A stretch of DNA of 63,950 nucleotides, filler included, from Octopus bimaculoides (taxonomy: Eukaryota), in NCBI RefSeq assembly GCF_001194135.2. It is 4 parts of 4 records of this genome, joined end to end, with 100 filler letters (N's around TTAATTAATTAA, not from the genome) between each part and the next. Parts side by side here need not be neighbours in the genome. Positions count along the whole stretch, not along the records: positions 18,664 to 39,850 come from NC_068989.1; positions 39,951 to 61,935 come from NC_068993.1; 2 more parts are not named here. The stretch is one strand, 5' to 3'. The translations under genes were made by a program, and so were the position numbers. The first letter of the stretch is position 1. Each line of letters opens with the position of its first letter. The notes beneath the pieces are model-generated. The model saw only the letters and a list, made by a program, of their open reading frames with translations. It was not told where the DNA came from and searched no databases. Positions 39,648 through 51,895 of the stretch are shown piece after piece.

Positions 39648-39850
39648 TTCAGAAGTTTTATTTTTATAACGTGCTTTCACTGCACTACCGAGCGCAGCTC
39701 TGTGCGCCTTGGGTATGTGCTGTGGTTTGCTGTGGTGCTCTTATGTTTACTGTATTGAAAGTGTTTTGCGTACAATGTGTGCAGTACCCAGTAGTGCAAT
39801 TTTCTGTATGTTATATATATTTGTAAGTCCTGGTGTTTTTGTTATGTATT
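39648..39850 (-). mobile_element. Second tandem R4/Dong-like 3' end (runs into placeholder gap)
   Basis: High identity to 39188-39390 by eye. Confidence 0.88.
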
Positions 39851-40061
39851 NNNNNNNNNNNNNNNNNNNNNNNNNNNNNNNNNNNNNNNNNNNNTTAATT
39901 AATTAANNNNNNNNNNNNNNNNNNNNNNNNNNNNNNNNNNNNNNNNNNNNACTATATATTTTATATATACTTTATCTATAAGGCTCAATTTAATTTTAAT
40001 TTTTTATAAATTGATTTTAATTGAGTTTTTTACCTGTAATTTTGGATTTTGTCCCTAATAT

Positions 40062-40097
<36 letters not shown>

Positions 40098-40754
40098 ATT
40101 AAGATTCAGTTGAATTAGGTATTTAATTTGAGGCACGAAGTTTCTCCAGTATTGTCCGCACAGCTCGAAGTTAGGTGAATAAAATGCAAATAAGTAAGAA
40201 GAATGTCCAGGTATCAGTGCATTATGGCCGTTTCAAGCGACTCCATTTAATCGATCAATGCAAACATTACATCAATTTGAAATAAACCGCTCTCCTCGGA
40301 CGCTTACGACAATACAGACTTCCAGCATTCAGGATACTCCATTATAAAATTTTTAGCAAATTTTTTTATTAGTACTAGAGAAATACATCGCTTCTTTTTG
40401 CTATTATTGTAGTAGAATGAAATTTAGGGAAAAATACCTAAAGCCTACTATAATTTAGAGTGGCAGAAGGAAATAATGGGCGGTCAATAAAGAGGAATAG
40501 TGATATAGATGCATTCATTTTTATGCGTATCACATTCAACAGACCAAATACAGCAAGTAGTCTACATCCCCTTAGAATTAAAAGCATTGGGAATTGACAG
40601 TTAAGTTCTTGTTGGTGATAAATTAATTAATGTCAGATATTCTTCCTTACCCCTATTTCTCTATGACCATAAATCAGCCATATCTACATAAGAGAATATG
40701 TCTCAGAAGATGCTAGTTGGATAATGATGGAAAGATGAGGGGATAACTAGAAAT

Positions 40755-41175
40755 GGCGTGGCTGTGTGGTAAGAAGCTTGCTTCCCAACCACATGGATCC
40801 AGGTTCAATCCCACTGCGTGGCCCCCTTGCGCAGGTGTCTTCTACTATAGCCTCCGGCCGACCAAAGCCTTGTGAGTGGATTTGGCAGACGGAAACTGAA
40901 AGCTCATCGTATGTGTGTGTGTGTGTGTGTGGCTGTGTGTGTGTCTGTGTGTGTGTATGTGTGTGCGCGCGTGTCTGTGTTTGTCCCCCAGCATCGCTTG
41001 ACAACCGATGTTGGTGTGTTTATGTCCTCGTAACTTAGTGGTTCGGCAAAAAAGACCAATAGAATAAGTACCAGGCTTACAAAGGATAAGTTCTGGAGTC
41101 GATTTGTTCGACTAAAGGCAGTGCCCCAGCATGATCGCAGTCAAATGACAGAAACAAGTAAAAAAAGTAAAAGAA
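40755..41175 (+). mobile_element. SINE family B, complete copy with internal (TG)n
   Basis: tRNA-like head GGCGTGGCTGTGTGGTAAGAAGCTTG...GGTTCAATCCC, body, (TG)n, tail ending GAAACAAGTAAAA. Confidence 0.92.
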
Positions 41176-41633
41176 TAAAAGATTATATATAGAGAGAGAG
41201 CGAGAGGGGGAGAGAGGGATAGAGAGGTGGGGAGAGAGCGCGAGAGATAAAGAAAGAGAGAGAAACACTCTTATGTATATGCGTGTGTGTCTAAGAATAA
41301 ATATTTGCAAAAATAATAAATATATTAGAGAAACAAAACGATACAACAAAGCCTGTGTCTATACATAAATACAATCAATACTTAAATATTAATTAATTAC
41401 ATTTTAGACTTCATTTATATTAATGATTCCTATTTGGGGTTTTTTTTCTCCTTGATTTTGTTTCTAGAACTCGAACTAGAAGGGCGAGATTTCTATGTTT
41501 ATGTGTGCATATGTGTATGTGTCTATATAAGCGTCTTCATATTGAATATCTGAAGAGTAGGAAGAATATGGGAGTGTCAATTCATGTAGCTATGTGATTA
41601 TAAACGATTTTGGGTGTTTGTATGGTTGTGCGT

Positions 41634-41680
<47 letters not shown>

Positions 41681-42308
41681 TTTATATATGTATATGAATA
41701 AACGTATTGATATACTGTGTGTAATATGAGTTTGTATATGTACAGTTTTGTGTATGTAACCGTGTCTTTGTATGCACCTATTGGGACATGTGTGCGTGCG
41801 TCCGTGTGTGTATGCGTGTGAGTGTGTGTGTGTGTATGTGTGTGTGTGTGTGTGTTCCTGCCTCTGTCTGTATGTGCTTCTAAACTGAAAACCAGGAGGC
41901 GGAAGTTGCTTTGCTATTGATCTTCAAGTAAAACAACCATTTCTACAATATATATAGAAATGGTAGTTTTAGTCAGAGATCGATAGAATGTAGTTCATTA
42001 GTAGCTTAGAGCGAAACTGTTTATTTTCAGGAGTTTCATATTAATGCAAGCGACTTAAAGTGCATCGGACGCGTACCTCTAAGTATGTATGTATTTTTGT
42101 ATGTATATATGTAGGTACACATGTGTGTATAAATGTAGATATGTATATATGTACATATGTATGTATGTATGTATGTATGTGTGTATGTATGTATTTTTGT
42201 ATGTATATATACACACCTACTTACATACATACATATGTATGTACGTACACATATTCACATATATACATATATATTGAAATACTTATAGATATAGAAATAC
42301 ATATAGGC

Positions 42309-42359
<51 letters not shown>

Positions 42360-43049
42360 CATGTGTGCGTGTCTGTATGTGTGTGTATGTATGTATTTAA
42401 TGTTTTAGATTTTTTCTTTCGGTTATTGACACCATTATACTACAATGATGTGTATATTGTTACTTTCTCTCCCTCTGTATTTCCCCTTCACACACACACA
42501 CACTCTCTCTCTCTCTCTCTCTCTCTTTCATTTATATCTCTCACTCTCTCTCCCTTCTCACTATACGCACATACATTATAGGTATGTGAGTAGTATTGTG
42601 TTTGTGGGGTAACTAAATTTATTTACATCACAAGCAACTTATTTATTCGTCTCTTTGGTGAGTTCTTTGCATTTGGTAATTAGTAGCGGCTACCGCCTAC
42701 CTCTACATTATGTAAGTAAACACGAAGGCTGGATCGCTGATACACTCCTATATTTAAACTATGAAAAATCTAGATCTTTCTGAAAATGTTCATTCTAAAG
42801 GTTTCGAAGCGTAAGATTTTGCACATGTAACATTCGTTCACAAAGATAAGCGTAAATATAATTGACTGGAACATAAAAAGATGAGTGGCAAGGAACCCAG
42901 TTTTTGCATCTAATATGTATGTTTGTGTGGCGCGTGTATGTGTGTGTTTGTGCGTGATTGCGTGCGTGTGTTTGTGTGCGTGTGCGTGTATGTGTGTGTG
43001 CACGCGCGTGTGTGTTGTTTGTGTATGCATAAGTGTATGTATGTATGTA

Positions 43050-43590
43050 TGTCACTTATGAGGCTCTCGTAAGTGCTACTGGTAACATGGAATCCAGTAC
43101 AACCTGTTGCATGGTCGGGTTGTCGGCGACTAAATTGGTACCCCACCAGGATATCCTGGTGAAGAGGGTTGCTAGAAACCCAGCAGATTTAAAACAAAGA
43201 CCTGTTGAAAGGTCGGATGAACTTAGTGCAGGCTCAACGGCTACCTAGCAATAGCACGGGTACGCAGAAATTCCGAAATGATGTCCGGAGTGCTGAAAGA
43301 CCACTGGGAGTGAGGCACCTCTCACCTTCTGTTGAAGCACATCTCTAGAAGGTCACTCTGATATAAAACCAGATGTACAGGGAATGGCATTGGACAATTT
43401 GGGGAGCTTTGGTTTGTACTAGAGATCACGACGCTCCCACATCCCTGAGCCTGCGATTCATATTGGCACCAGACATCTTGCTCCGGCTTGTCTATGGATA
43501 ATGTCAATAAAGTGGAGAGGGTCTATGAGGTGTCGTGCAAGCCTTATTGGACCTAAAACTCTGCACAGACATTGCTGACCTCTGCTCGAT
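43050..43590 (+). mobile_element. Probable LINE 5' region, homologous to 17170-17520; linkage to the downstream RTE ORF uncertain
   Basis: Internal homology as above; separated from the RTE ORF by poly-T, an AT-rich stretch and a 10-N gap. Confidence 0.55.
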
Positions 43591-43755
43591 GTGTACTGCT
43601 TTTTTTTTTTTTTGCTCCTAAATATACTTATTTCATATTATATATATATATGTATCTTTATTTTTAGTATATATTTATATATTTATTTATTTTTAGTATA
43701 TTTTTATTTTATTCGGAAGTTCTGCGGCGATGGGAAGGTGGTGAANNNNNNNNNN

Positions 43756-46190
43756 ACCTGACGGGCTGGAAGCATGTAATCAGCGACCTGCACGTAGGCG
43801 GCCCATGCTAGATATAAAGTCGTCTCCTTGTCGCTGCTCAAGACAGTGGTAGGATTCGGTTGCTGCATGGGTGTCTGAGCAGCTCCATTTGGTGGGGGCA
43901 CTGCTCACCTAGAGGCCGGGGAGGTTCTAGAAAAGGTGAACCAAAAATTGCCTGTCTTTCTATATCTGGTCAGTTTAGCGCAACTGACGGATGTCCACCC
44001 TGCGCTCAAAAAATAAAAAGACTTTTATTTACAAAATCTGGATGAAACTTGAACATTTCATGTTGGAAGTGCACACTTTGTTGGATAACAAGAGTGATTG
44101 TAGGCCTGAAAGACGCACTGCACTTGTTGCTCGTGAGCTGAACTGTTATGACATTGATATAGCTGCACTTTCAGAGACTCGTTTAGAAGGTGATGGTCAG
44201 CTTGAAGAAGTAGGTGTATGCACCTTTTTTAGAAGAGGAAGCAGAAGGAAGAGCGCAGAGTTCGATCTGATATCCTTAAGAAGGAGGAGCTTCCAGTTCC
44301 TATAAATGAATATCTAATGGCTCTACGATTGCACCTGAAAGTGGGCGGTTTGCTATTCTAATAAGTGCCTATGCACCTACTTTGACTAAGAAAATCCCCA
44401 ATTCTGATAAAGTCATTCTACTGGGGGATTTCAATGCCAGGGTTGGAACAGACTGGCAAACATGGAACTCTCTAGGACGTTTTGGTGTAGGGAAAATGAA
44501 TAGCAATGGCCTCATGCTACTGGAGCTTTGCGATGAACATGGACTTTACATCGCAAGCACTCATTTTATGTACAAAAGGGATAACACAACAACGTGGATG
44601 CATCCAAGGTCTAAAGTTTGGCACTTGCTGGATTACGTTATCATCCGCAAGCGTGACATCTATGACATTTGTATTGGAATGCTGGACAGACCACAGTCTG
44701 GTGCGAGCAAATTTCCGGATGATGATAAGAGTGAAAGAGAGAAGAGGGCCAGTCGGCATTCCTCGGCGCCTGAATGTCTACAAGATATATGATGCTGTGT
44801 TAAAGAAAGACCATCAGACTCGCTTGTCCAGCATTGAAAATACTGCAGCATGGGAAGATTTTCATGATCAGGTTCTTCAATGTGCTGCTGAATTACTGGG
44901 ATATACTACTGCCAGACACAGAGACTGGTTTGATGAAAATGATGCTGGAGTGTAGCAACTATTGGCTGTAAATCGCTATGCTTACAATGTATTGCTGCAC
45001 AGAGGACTTTCAGCTGTGCAGCGAAATCTAGAACTTGCCCACTTTAGCAGTGTAAAATCACTATTGCAGCAATCACTCAGGAAGATGCAGAACATTTGGT
45101 GGAAGGATCTTGCTCGTGATGTTCAGGCTGCTGTTGATGCAAATGACAGCAAGAAGTTTTACCATCTTATGAAGCAAGTTTATAGGGCTAAGAGCTCCAC
45201 ATTAACACTTTTGCGTTCCAAAGAGACTTCTACTCTATTTACTAAATCAACAGATATCACAGGTCGCTGGATCGAACACTTCTCTGAAATCCTAAACCAT
45301 GAGTCAGTTTTGGATGAAACAGTGCTTGATAATAGGCAACAAAGACCTATCATTGACTCCTTAAATGCCACGCCCTCAATAGATGAGGGAATAAAATCAA
45401 TAAGTAAATTGAATCTTGGTAGGGCACCTGGAAAGGATGGAATTTGTGCTGAGGTCTTGCGATTTGGTGGTAATTACATCACACAGTCCCTTCATGAACT
45501 TATTAGTGAAGTCTGGAGGGATGGTGCAATCCCTAAGGACTGGAAGGATGCAATTATTCTTCCTCTATATAAAGGAAAAGGAGCCAGAACAATGTGCGGT
45601 AACAACATAGGTATTGCTCTACTATCAGCTGCTGGCAAGGTTCTGGCAAATATTTTTCTTACACACCTGAATGGGTATCTCGTAAATGATGTCCTATCTG
45701 AATCTCAATGAGGCTTCCGATCTGGTAGAGGGACAATGGATATGATTTTCATAGCAAGACAGATGCAGAAGTGCTATGAGCAGAATATGGATCTTGTCCA
45801 GGTATTCATTGATTTAACAAAGGCCTTTGATTCTGTAAATAGGGCCTTTCTGTGGAAACTACTTGGTAAACTTGGATGTCCGGATCACTTTGTATCTATA
45901 ATTAAATTATTTCATGATGGGATGGAGGTTTGGGTCAATGTTGGTGGTGGCATGGCGGGACCCATTCCTGTAGAGAATAGTGTCAAGCAGGGTGACATCT
46001 TTGCCCCAACTCTCTTTTCTTTGTAGTTTGCTGCTGCTTTTACTCATGCTTTTGCTAAGGTTAGCTCTCTGAGAATATATGTCAGGTATCGATCTTTTGG
46101 GCGCCTCTTTAATCTGCGCAGATGTGTTGCCAATTCAAAAGTATTCCAGACTCTTATTCGTGACCTCATTTAGCAGATGACTGGATTTTA
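43756..46190 (+). mobile_element. RTE-clade LINE, 5' UTR plus APE-RT pseudogene, 3'-truncated at the YADD motif
   Basis: APE: RPERRTALVARELNCYDIDIAALSETR, VILLGDFNARVG, TWMHPRSKVWHLLDYVI, TDHSLV. RT: APGKDGI.AE, WKDAIILPLYKGKG, ESQ*GFRSGRGTMD, FIDLTKAFDSV, VKQGDIFAPTLF, decayed YADD at ~46170. Many stops and frameshifts. Confidence 0.95.
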
Positions 46191-46377
46191 AAGGTAAAAA
46201 TCTCTTCGGGGCAAAAATTCATTACTGGGTTGAGAATTGCTTATATATGAATGTATGTATGTATGGTTGTATATATGTATGTGTGTATATACATATGTGT
46301 GTATATACGTATGTGTGTATATATGTATGTGTGTATATATGTGTGTATATATGTATGTGTGTATATACGTATGTATG

Positions 46378-46413
<36 letters not shown>

Positions 46414-46568
46414 AAGGATCAGCAAAAGTTGCTTCACCAACATACCGAAAATTTAGAAATAGCAGTAAAACTACTAATTCTACTACTACAATTATGTCTC
46501 CAACAGATAGCGATATTCATGACTCACATAGGTAAAAGAAGAAAAATAAACAAAACAAACCTGCCGTT

Positions 46569-46639
46569 AGATAATCATGTACGACGTTTCGTGTTTAGAA
46601 TTTTATAAAAATTCATTACACTCTTCAGCATGATATTCT
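46569..46639 (-). ncRNA. Type I hammerhead ribozyme motif, intact
   Basis: Minus strand: AGAAUAUCAUG-CUGAAGA-GUGU(loop)ACAC-GAAACGUCGUA-CAUGAUUAUCU. Stem I 6 bp plus 3 bp, stem II 4 bp, stem III ACG-U-CGU, GUA triplet. Confidence 0.85.
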
Positions 46640-47737
46640 AAATTATAAATCTGAAAAGGCTAATAAACCCATGTACATTTGGTCATGCGACATCAAACAT
46701 CACATAAGAAAATCAGCATCTCCAAATTCATATCGACTAGTAAATTTCTTATCCATCCTCAAATTACCCCATGTGCGTCACGAGTGGTACCGCAAGATTT
46801 CGTGTACAATAAGTACATGTGCAGATAAATAATTTTTTACTGTGTGTAGCTTGCACCACACTACCCCCACCTATTGACCCAAACAGGCTTTCACCAGAGG
46901 AACATGGGAATGTACAAAACCGGAAACTTTCAAGGCCTCAGGTTTTATTTCAGAGATTTCCTTCTCCTAAGTAGATTACCAACCAAGGTTAAAGAGCTTC
47001 TACCTGCTCATGAGCAAGTCTCTCCGGTGATAGACACCAAACCGACAGCCAAACCCTCCACAGAGTAATTAAATATCATACCGGCGTCCGATGCGGAGCA
47101 GTTCACACACACATAAAAATGTAAAAGATATAAAAGTTAAAAATATAAAAAGAAAAAATATATATATATATACATATTTACACACACACACACATATATA
47201 TATAGATAGGCATATAAATGTGTATGTGTGTGCGTGTAAATATATATGTGTGTGTGTGTGTGTATGTGTGTGTGTGTGTGTTCAAATATACTTATATATA
47301 TATATATATAAGTATAAATATTCCTTTATTCCTTTGTTTCAGTCATTTAACTGCAGCCTTATAGAGCACCTCCTTTAATATATACATACGAGTAAAATAT
47401 TATAGACAGTATTTTCAATATAAAGTACATGTCTGAATAACTAAGAGCAGATTTCTTCACTCAGCTGGGTCTTATTATATGCATACAGTGCAAGAATGTC
47501 ATGTGGCCGGTACTAATGCACAAGTCTGATATTCAGTTAATATTGTAGAGTATACATATTACTCAGACCTAACTAGGTACCTTATTCAATTGAATCTTAA
47601 TTGTATTTTATACACACACACATACATGTATATTTATACTTGGAAATGAACGTGTGGCGTTCAATTAAATAATAATATAAATAATATATATATGTATATA
47701 TGTGTCTGTTTGTGTTTGTGTGTGTGTGTGTATGCAT

Positions 47738-47936
47738 ATATGGGTACAGGACGTCACCAACTGTAAACAACATGAAGTACGAAAACAAATGAGTTAAATA
47801 CACAAGCAACGAGAGAAAAGAATGGAAAACAGGATAAGTAACACAAAAAACGACTCGTCATCAGTTGTCGGCCGTCTATCTACTCCTAATTTCGTACTTC
47901 ATGTTGTTTACAGTTGGTGACGTCCTGTACCCATAT
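47738..47936. repeat. Fold-back: perfect 47-bp inverted repeat with a 105-bp spacer
   Basis: 47738-47784 ATATGGGTACAGGACGTCACCAACTGTAAACAACATGAAGTACGAAA is the exact reverse complement of 47890-47936. Confidence 0.95.
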
Positions 47937-48027
47937 GCATATATGTGTGTGTGTTTGTTTGTATGTATGTATATTATATATATACATATATAGTATTTAT
48001 ATTATCATATATATATTATCATATATT

Positions 48028-48098
<71 letters not shown>

Positions 48099-48289
48099 GT
48101 GTGTGTGTGTATGTATATATATAAATATATATATATAAATGTATGTGTGTGAGTATTTACAAACACACTCACGCACACACATACATATATGTTTGGGTTC
48201 TGCCGCCATAACGAAGTTGAAAACATGAAAAATCAATTCCACTAGTTTTCCCACACCACTGAGAGTGTACAAGATGGTGGTGACTTCGA

Positions 48290-48340
48290 CTTCGATCCTT
48301 CCGTATTAGAGCTTCGATCCTTCCGTATTAGAGCTTCGAT
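48290..48340. repeat. 22-bp tandem duplication (about 2.3 units)
   Basis: CTTCGATCCTTCCGTATTAGAG twice, then CTTCGAT, at the 5' junction of an RTE fragment. Confidence 0.95.
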
Positions 48341-48700
48341 TCTTACAGCTGACATAGAGCGAAGGGTCCAGACATTGAGCAAAATTGCTTCAGAAGCATC
48401 CCGTACAAGGTGATCAGCTTTGCTAGGCAGCGAGTTAACAAATACATTGGCTGAGAAGAACCACTCCTGGTGCAAGTAAAAAGACGACAGCTTGCGGGTA
48501 TGGTCGTGTATGCCACCACAACTCCCTAACCCAAACCATTCTTCAGGGCACAGGTGAAGAAGGGTGAAAGAGAGGCAGACAGAGAAGATCCTGGTTTGAC
48601 AGCATCAAGAACTGGACAGGTTACAGCATAGTGAACCTACTATGCATGACCGAGAAGAAAGACTAGTCGCCGTGGTTGACTACAAAAGCGTCTTGAATGG
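48335..48700 (+). mobile_element. RTE-clade LINE 3'-end fragment
   Basis: ...EEPLLVQVKRRQL...QTILQGTGEEG*KRGRQRRSWFDSIKNWTG resembles the RTE C-terminal 'KTILQGTVEG.RRRGRQRKSW.DNIKEWTG'. Confidence 0.75.
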
Positions 48701-48726
48701 CACTCTAACAACTGAAAGCATATGAC

Positions 48727-49100
48727 AAGGGCTCGTGGCAACGTGATAAGGAGCATCCTTCCCAACCACTTGATCCCACTGCGTGGCACCTTGGGCAGGT
48801 ACGTTCTATTATAGCCTCGGGTCGACCAAAACCTTGTCAGGTTATTTTGTAAACGCGAAATAAAAGAAGCCAGTTTTATATATATATCCATGTTTTTGTA
48901 TCTTTATGTCTGTGTTCGTCCTCCCCCACCAATCAACAACTGGTGTTGGCGTGTTTATTCTCCCGAAAAATAGCGGATCGCCAAAAGAAACCGATATTAT
49001 AAGTCCTGGGATTGATTTGTTCGACTAAAACCATTCAAAGCGCTGTCCCGGCATGACCGCAGGCAAAATGACTGAAGCTTGTAAAAGATTAAGGATAAAA
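48727..49100 (+). mobile_element. SINE family B, diverged
   Basis: TTCCCAACCAC...CCCACTGCGTGGCACCTTGGGCAGG...TAGCCTCGGGTCGACCAAAACCTTG...AAGTCCTGGGATTGATTTGTTCGACTAAAA. Confidence 0.85.
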
Positions 49101-49133
49101 GATATTCACACACACGCACACATACATACACGC

Positions 49134-49195
<62 letters not shown>

Positions 49196-50436
49196 ACACT
49201 ATATATATATATATATTTCGTATATTTATATTTTAAATTTTAAATTTATTATATTACCATGTCATATTGGATATATATCTTTCGAAATATTAAATATTGA
49301 TTTCCTGAGTATCTTATTGATACGTTTATGAATTTATTAATAATATAAAAACTATATATACACATTTATTTGCTCAAAATAATTGAGCACTCAATATAAG
49401 TTCAGTTATATATTCTTTTAGAATATTACTTATAAAAGTCATATATATATATNNNNNNNNNNNNNNNNNNNNNNNNNNNNNNNNNNNNNNNNNNNNNNNN
49501 NNNNNNNNNNNNNNNNNNNNNNNNNNNNNNNNNNNNNNNNNNNNNNNNNNNNNNNNNNNNNNNNNNNNNNNNNNNNNNNNNNNNNNNNNNNNNNNNNNNN
49601 NNNNNNNNNNNNNNNNNNNNNNNNNNNNNNNNNNNNNNNNNNNNNNNNNNNNNNNNNNNNNNNNNNNNNNNNNNNNNNNNNNNNNNNNNNNNNNNNNNNN
49701 NNNNNNNNNNNNNNNNNNNNNNNNNNNNNNNNNNNNNNNNNNNNNNNNNNNNNNNNNNNNNNNNNNNNNNNNNNNNNNNNNNNNNNNNNNNNNNNNNNNN
49801 NNNNNNNNNNNNNNNNNNNNNNNNNNNNNNNNNNNNNNNNNNNNNNNNNNNNNNNNNNNNNNNNNNNNNNNNNNNNNNNNNNNNNNNNNNNNNNNNNNNN
49901 NNNNNNNNNNNNNNNNNNNNNNNNNNNNNNNNNNNNNNNNNNNNNNNNNNNNNNNNNNNNNNNNNNNNNNNATATATATATATATATATACAGATATATG
50001 TATACATATACGCGTATATATTATGTACTCACACAAATGTGTATATACTAGACAACCCGTGCCTCTTTGACGGTTCACATTATAAAACATTTAAGTTGAT
50101 TTCAACATTTCTTTGAAATGAAAGTTAATTTTATGATATTTCAGTTAAATATTTCAGTTAGTTCTTGTCATCATACGTCTGGTTTACAAGTACATGTTTA
50201 AGGTTTTGTTGATTATTTATTGCATCTAATAAAAATAGAACTTCCGGAATTATCTTGAATTCCAGTAACAGCATTTATCTATGGCATATGTGTACACTGT
50301 TACAAAAATGCAAAGGAAATTGTTATATAATGTAAACATAAAATTAATGGAAACAATTTGCACAGTATTATATATTCTCATTTCAGGGTTATGTTACTTT
50401 CAGAGTAGTTTTCAATTATTCAACGTTATGGCTATT

Positions 50437-50540
50437 TATGAAGGTACCCCAAAAAACTGCGTGTTTCAGGAATCCGTTGTCTGATCTACGCAAAACTTGT
50501 TTTAATTCGTTTGTATTCACATTTCAGGGGTACCTTACTT
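50437..50540. mobile_element. Possible tiny MITE
   Basis: Inverted AAGGTACCCC (50441-50450) and GGGGTACCTT (50527-50536) near TA dinucleotides. Confidence 0.3.
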
Positions 50541-50754
50541 TCTGAGTATTTTCCTATTATGCACCGGTTTGGCCTTATTAAATTACAGGCAAGCACGTAC
50601 ACCAGCAAGCACGCAAGCACGCAAGCAAGCAATCACAGAGTTTTAGCAGTATATGTAAATATATATGTATATACACATACACAGACAGAAAGGCAGACAA
50701 ACATAGATAGATAGACAGAGACAGACAGATAGACAGACAAATAGACAGACAAAT

Positions 50755-50785
<31 letters not shown>

Positions 50786-51514
50786 CATGTTGGTGTGTGT
50801 GTATGAATACACGTTTGTGTGTGACTATGTTTGTATGTATGTGTATCTGTGTCTGCGTCCATGTGCGCGTGTGTGTGCATGTGTGTGGAGCGGAGTGTAT
50901 TTGAGTGTGTGAGATTTAAGCATCTTCCGTCTTGTCCAAAGAAATTTAAAATTTTCCTGTTTTCTGATTATGATGTCATAATATTGATAACATTCAACGG
51001 GGATTTTCGTTTCAAAAATTTTCAGTCTCTTTCAACATTTCGCGGTGATTACAGGCTAGAGAATGTGTCCGACAGGGGGCGTGCTCAAGCAGTTGAAGAC
51101 TAGTGTGAAGTGAGAGTCATCTTCATGTTGTTTTCAGTGTTTGTGAGGATATTTCATTGCACCCAATGTAAAATGCTATTTAGTCGCATAACATAGTTAC
51201 AAGATGTACGGTGGTGTTACTGCAACCATATGGACATTTAGCCAAGCGATTCCGAACAGAAAACTTGGTGTGGGGAGCAACCAGAAACATTCCTCACTCT
51301 CCATACATTTCCACAGAATAATTTATCTTACATAATCCTGTGACAGGAAAGAGAAATAACGATAACGTTAAATAATTAATATGATGAACACGAAATAACT
51401 GTCACTTAACATACAATCCATACGTATGTCAACTGAATGTAACTATAGACCTGGTATTTTAATAACGATTTAGTTTGTTTCTTTCAAAATGTTTGAACAT
51501 CTTTTCCAGTTACT

Positions 51515-51895
51515 TTTATAATAAAACAATGTGTTCTTCATTCGATGAACATGGTGAGTATTTTAATAAAATGTAAGTTTTGCTATTAAAATGTTTGAGT
51601 ATTTCTAATAGTTTCTGTACTAAAGCAACATTTATTCTTCATTCGATGTTGAATATAATGCATATGCATGGTGAGTATTTTAATAAAAAATATGTTGTTC
51701 AAAATGTCTGAGCATTGAAAGTTATTTCTGTAATAAAGCAACATCTCCATTCGCAGTTTGACATACTGCAAGAGCAAGGTAAGTATTTTAATAAAAGACT
51801 TTTTCCATTAAAATGTCTGAGCATTTTTCAAGTTATTTCTATATTAAAACATTTATTCTTCATTCGATGTTCGATATACTGCATACTAGAATTGA
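51515..51895 (+). repeat. Tandem repeat, ~108-117-bp units (about 3.5 copies), each carrying a 5' splice-site consensus
   Basis: TTCTTCATTCGATG, GT(G/A)AGTATTTTAATAAAA and AAAATGT(C/T)TGAG recur; donor-like motifs at 51554, 51671 and 51779. Confidence 0.85.

Noticed and set aside
40755-40830. tRNA gene
   Set aside because: It has A/B-box-like motifs but continues into a SINE body and does not form a complete cloverleaf; the same holds for the other tRNA-like heads.
51515-51895. CRISPR-like repeat-spacer array
   Set aside because: Eukaryotic context, whole units are homologous with no unique spacers, and there are no cas genes.
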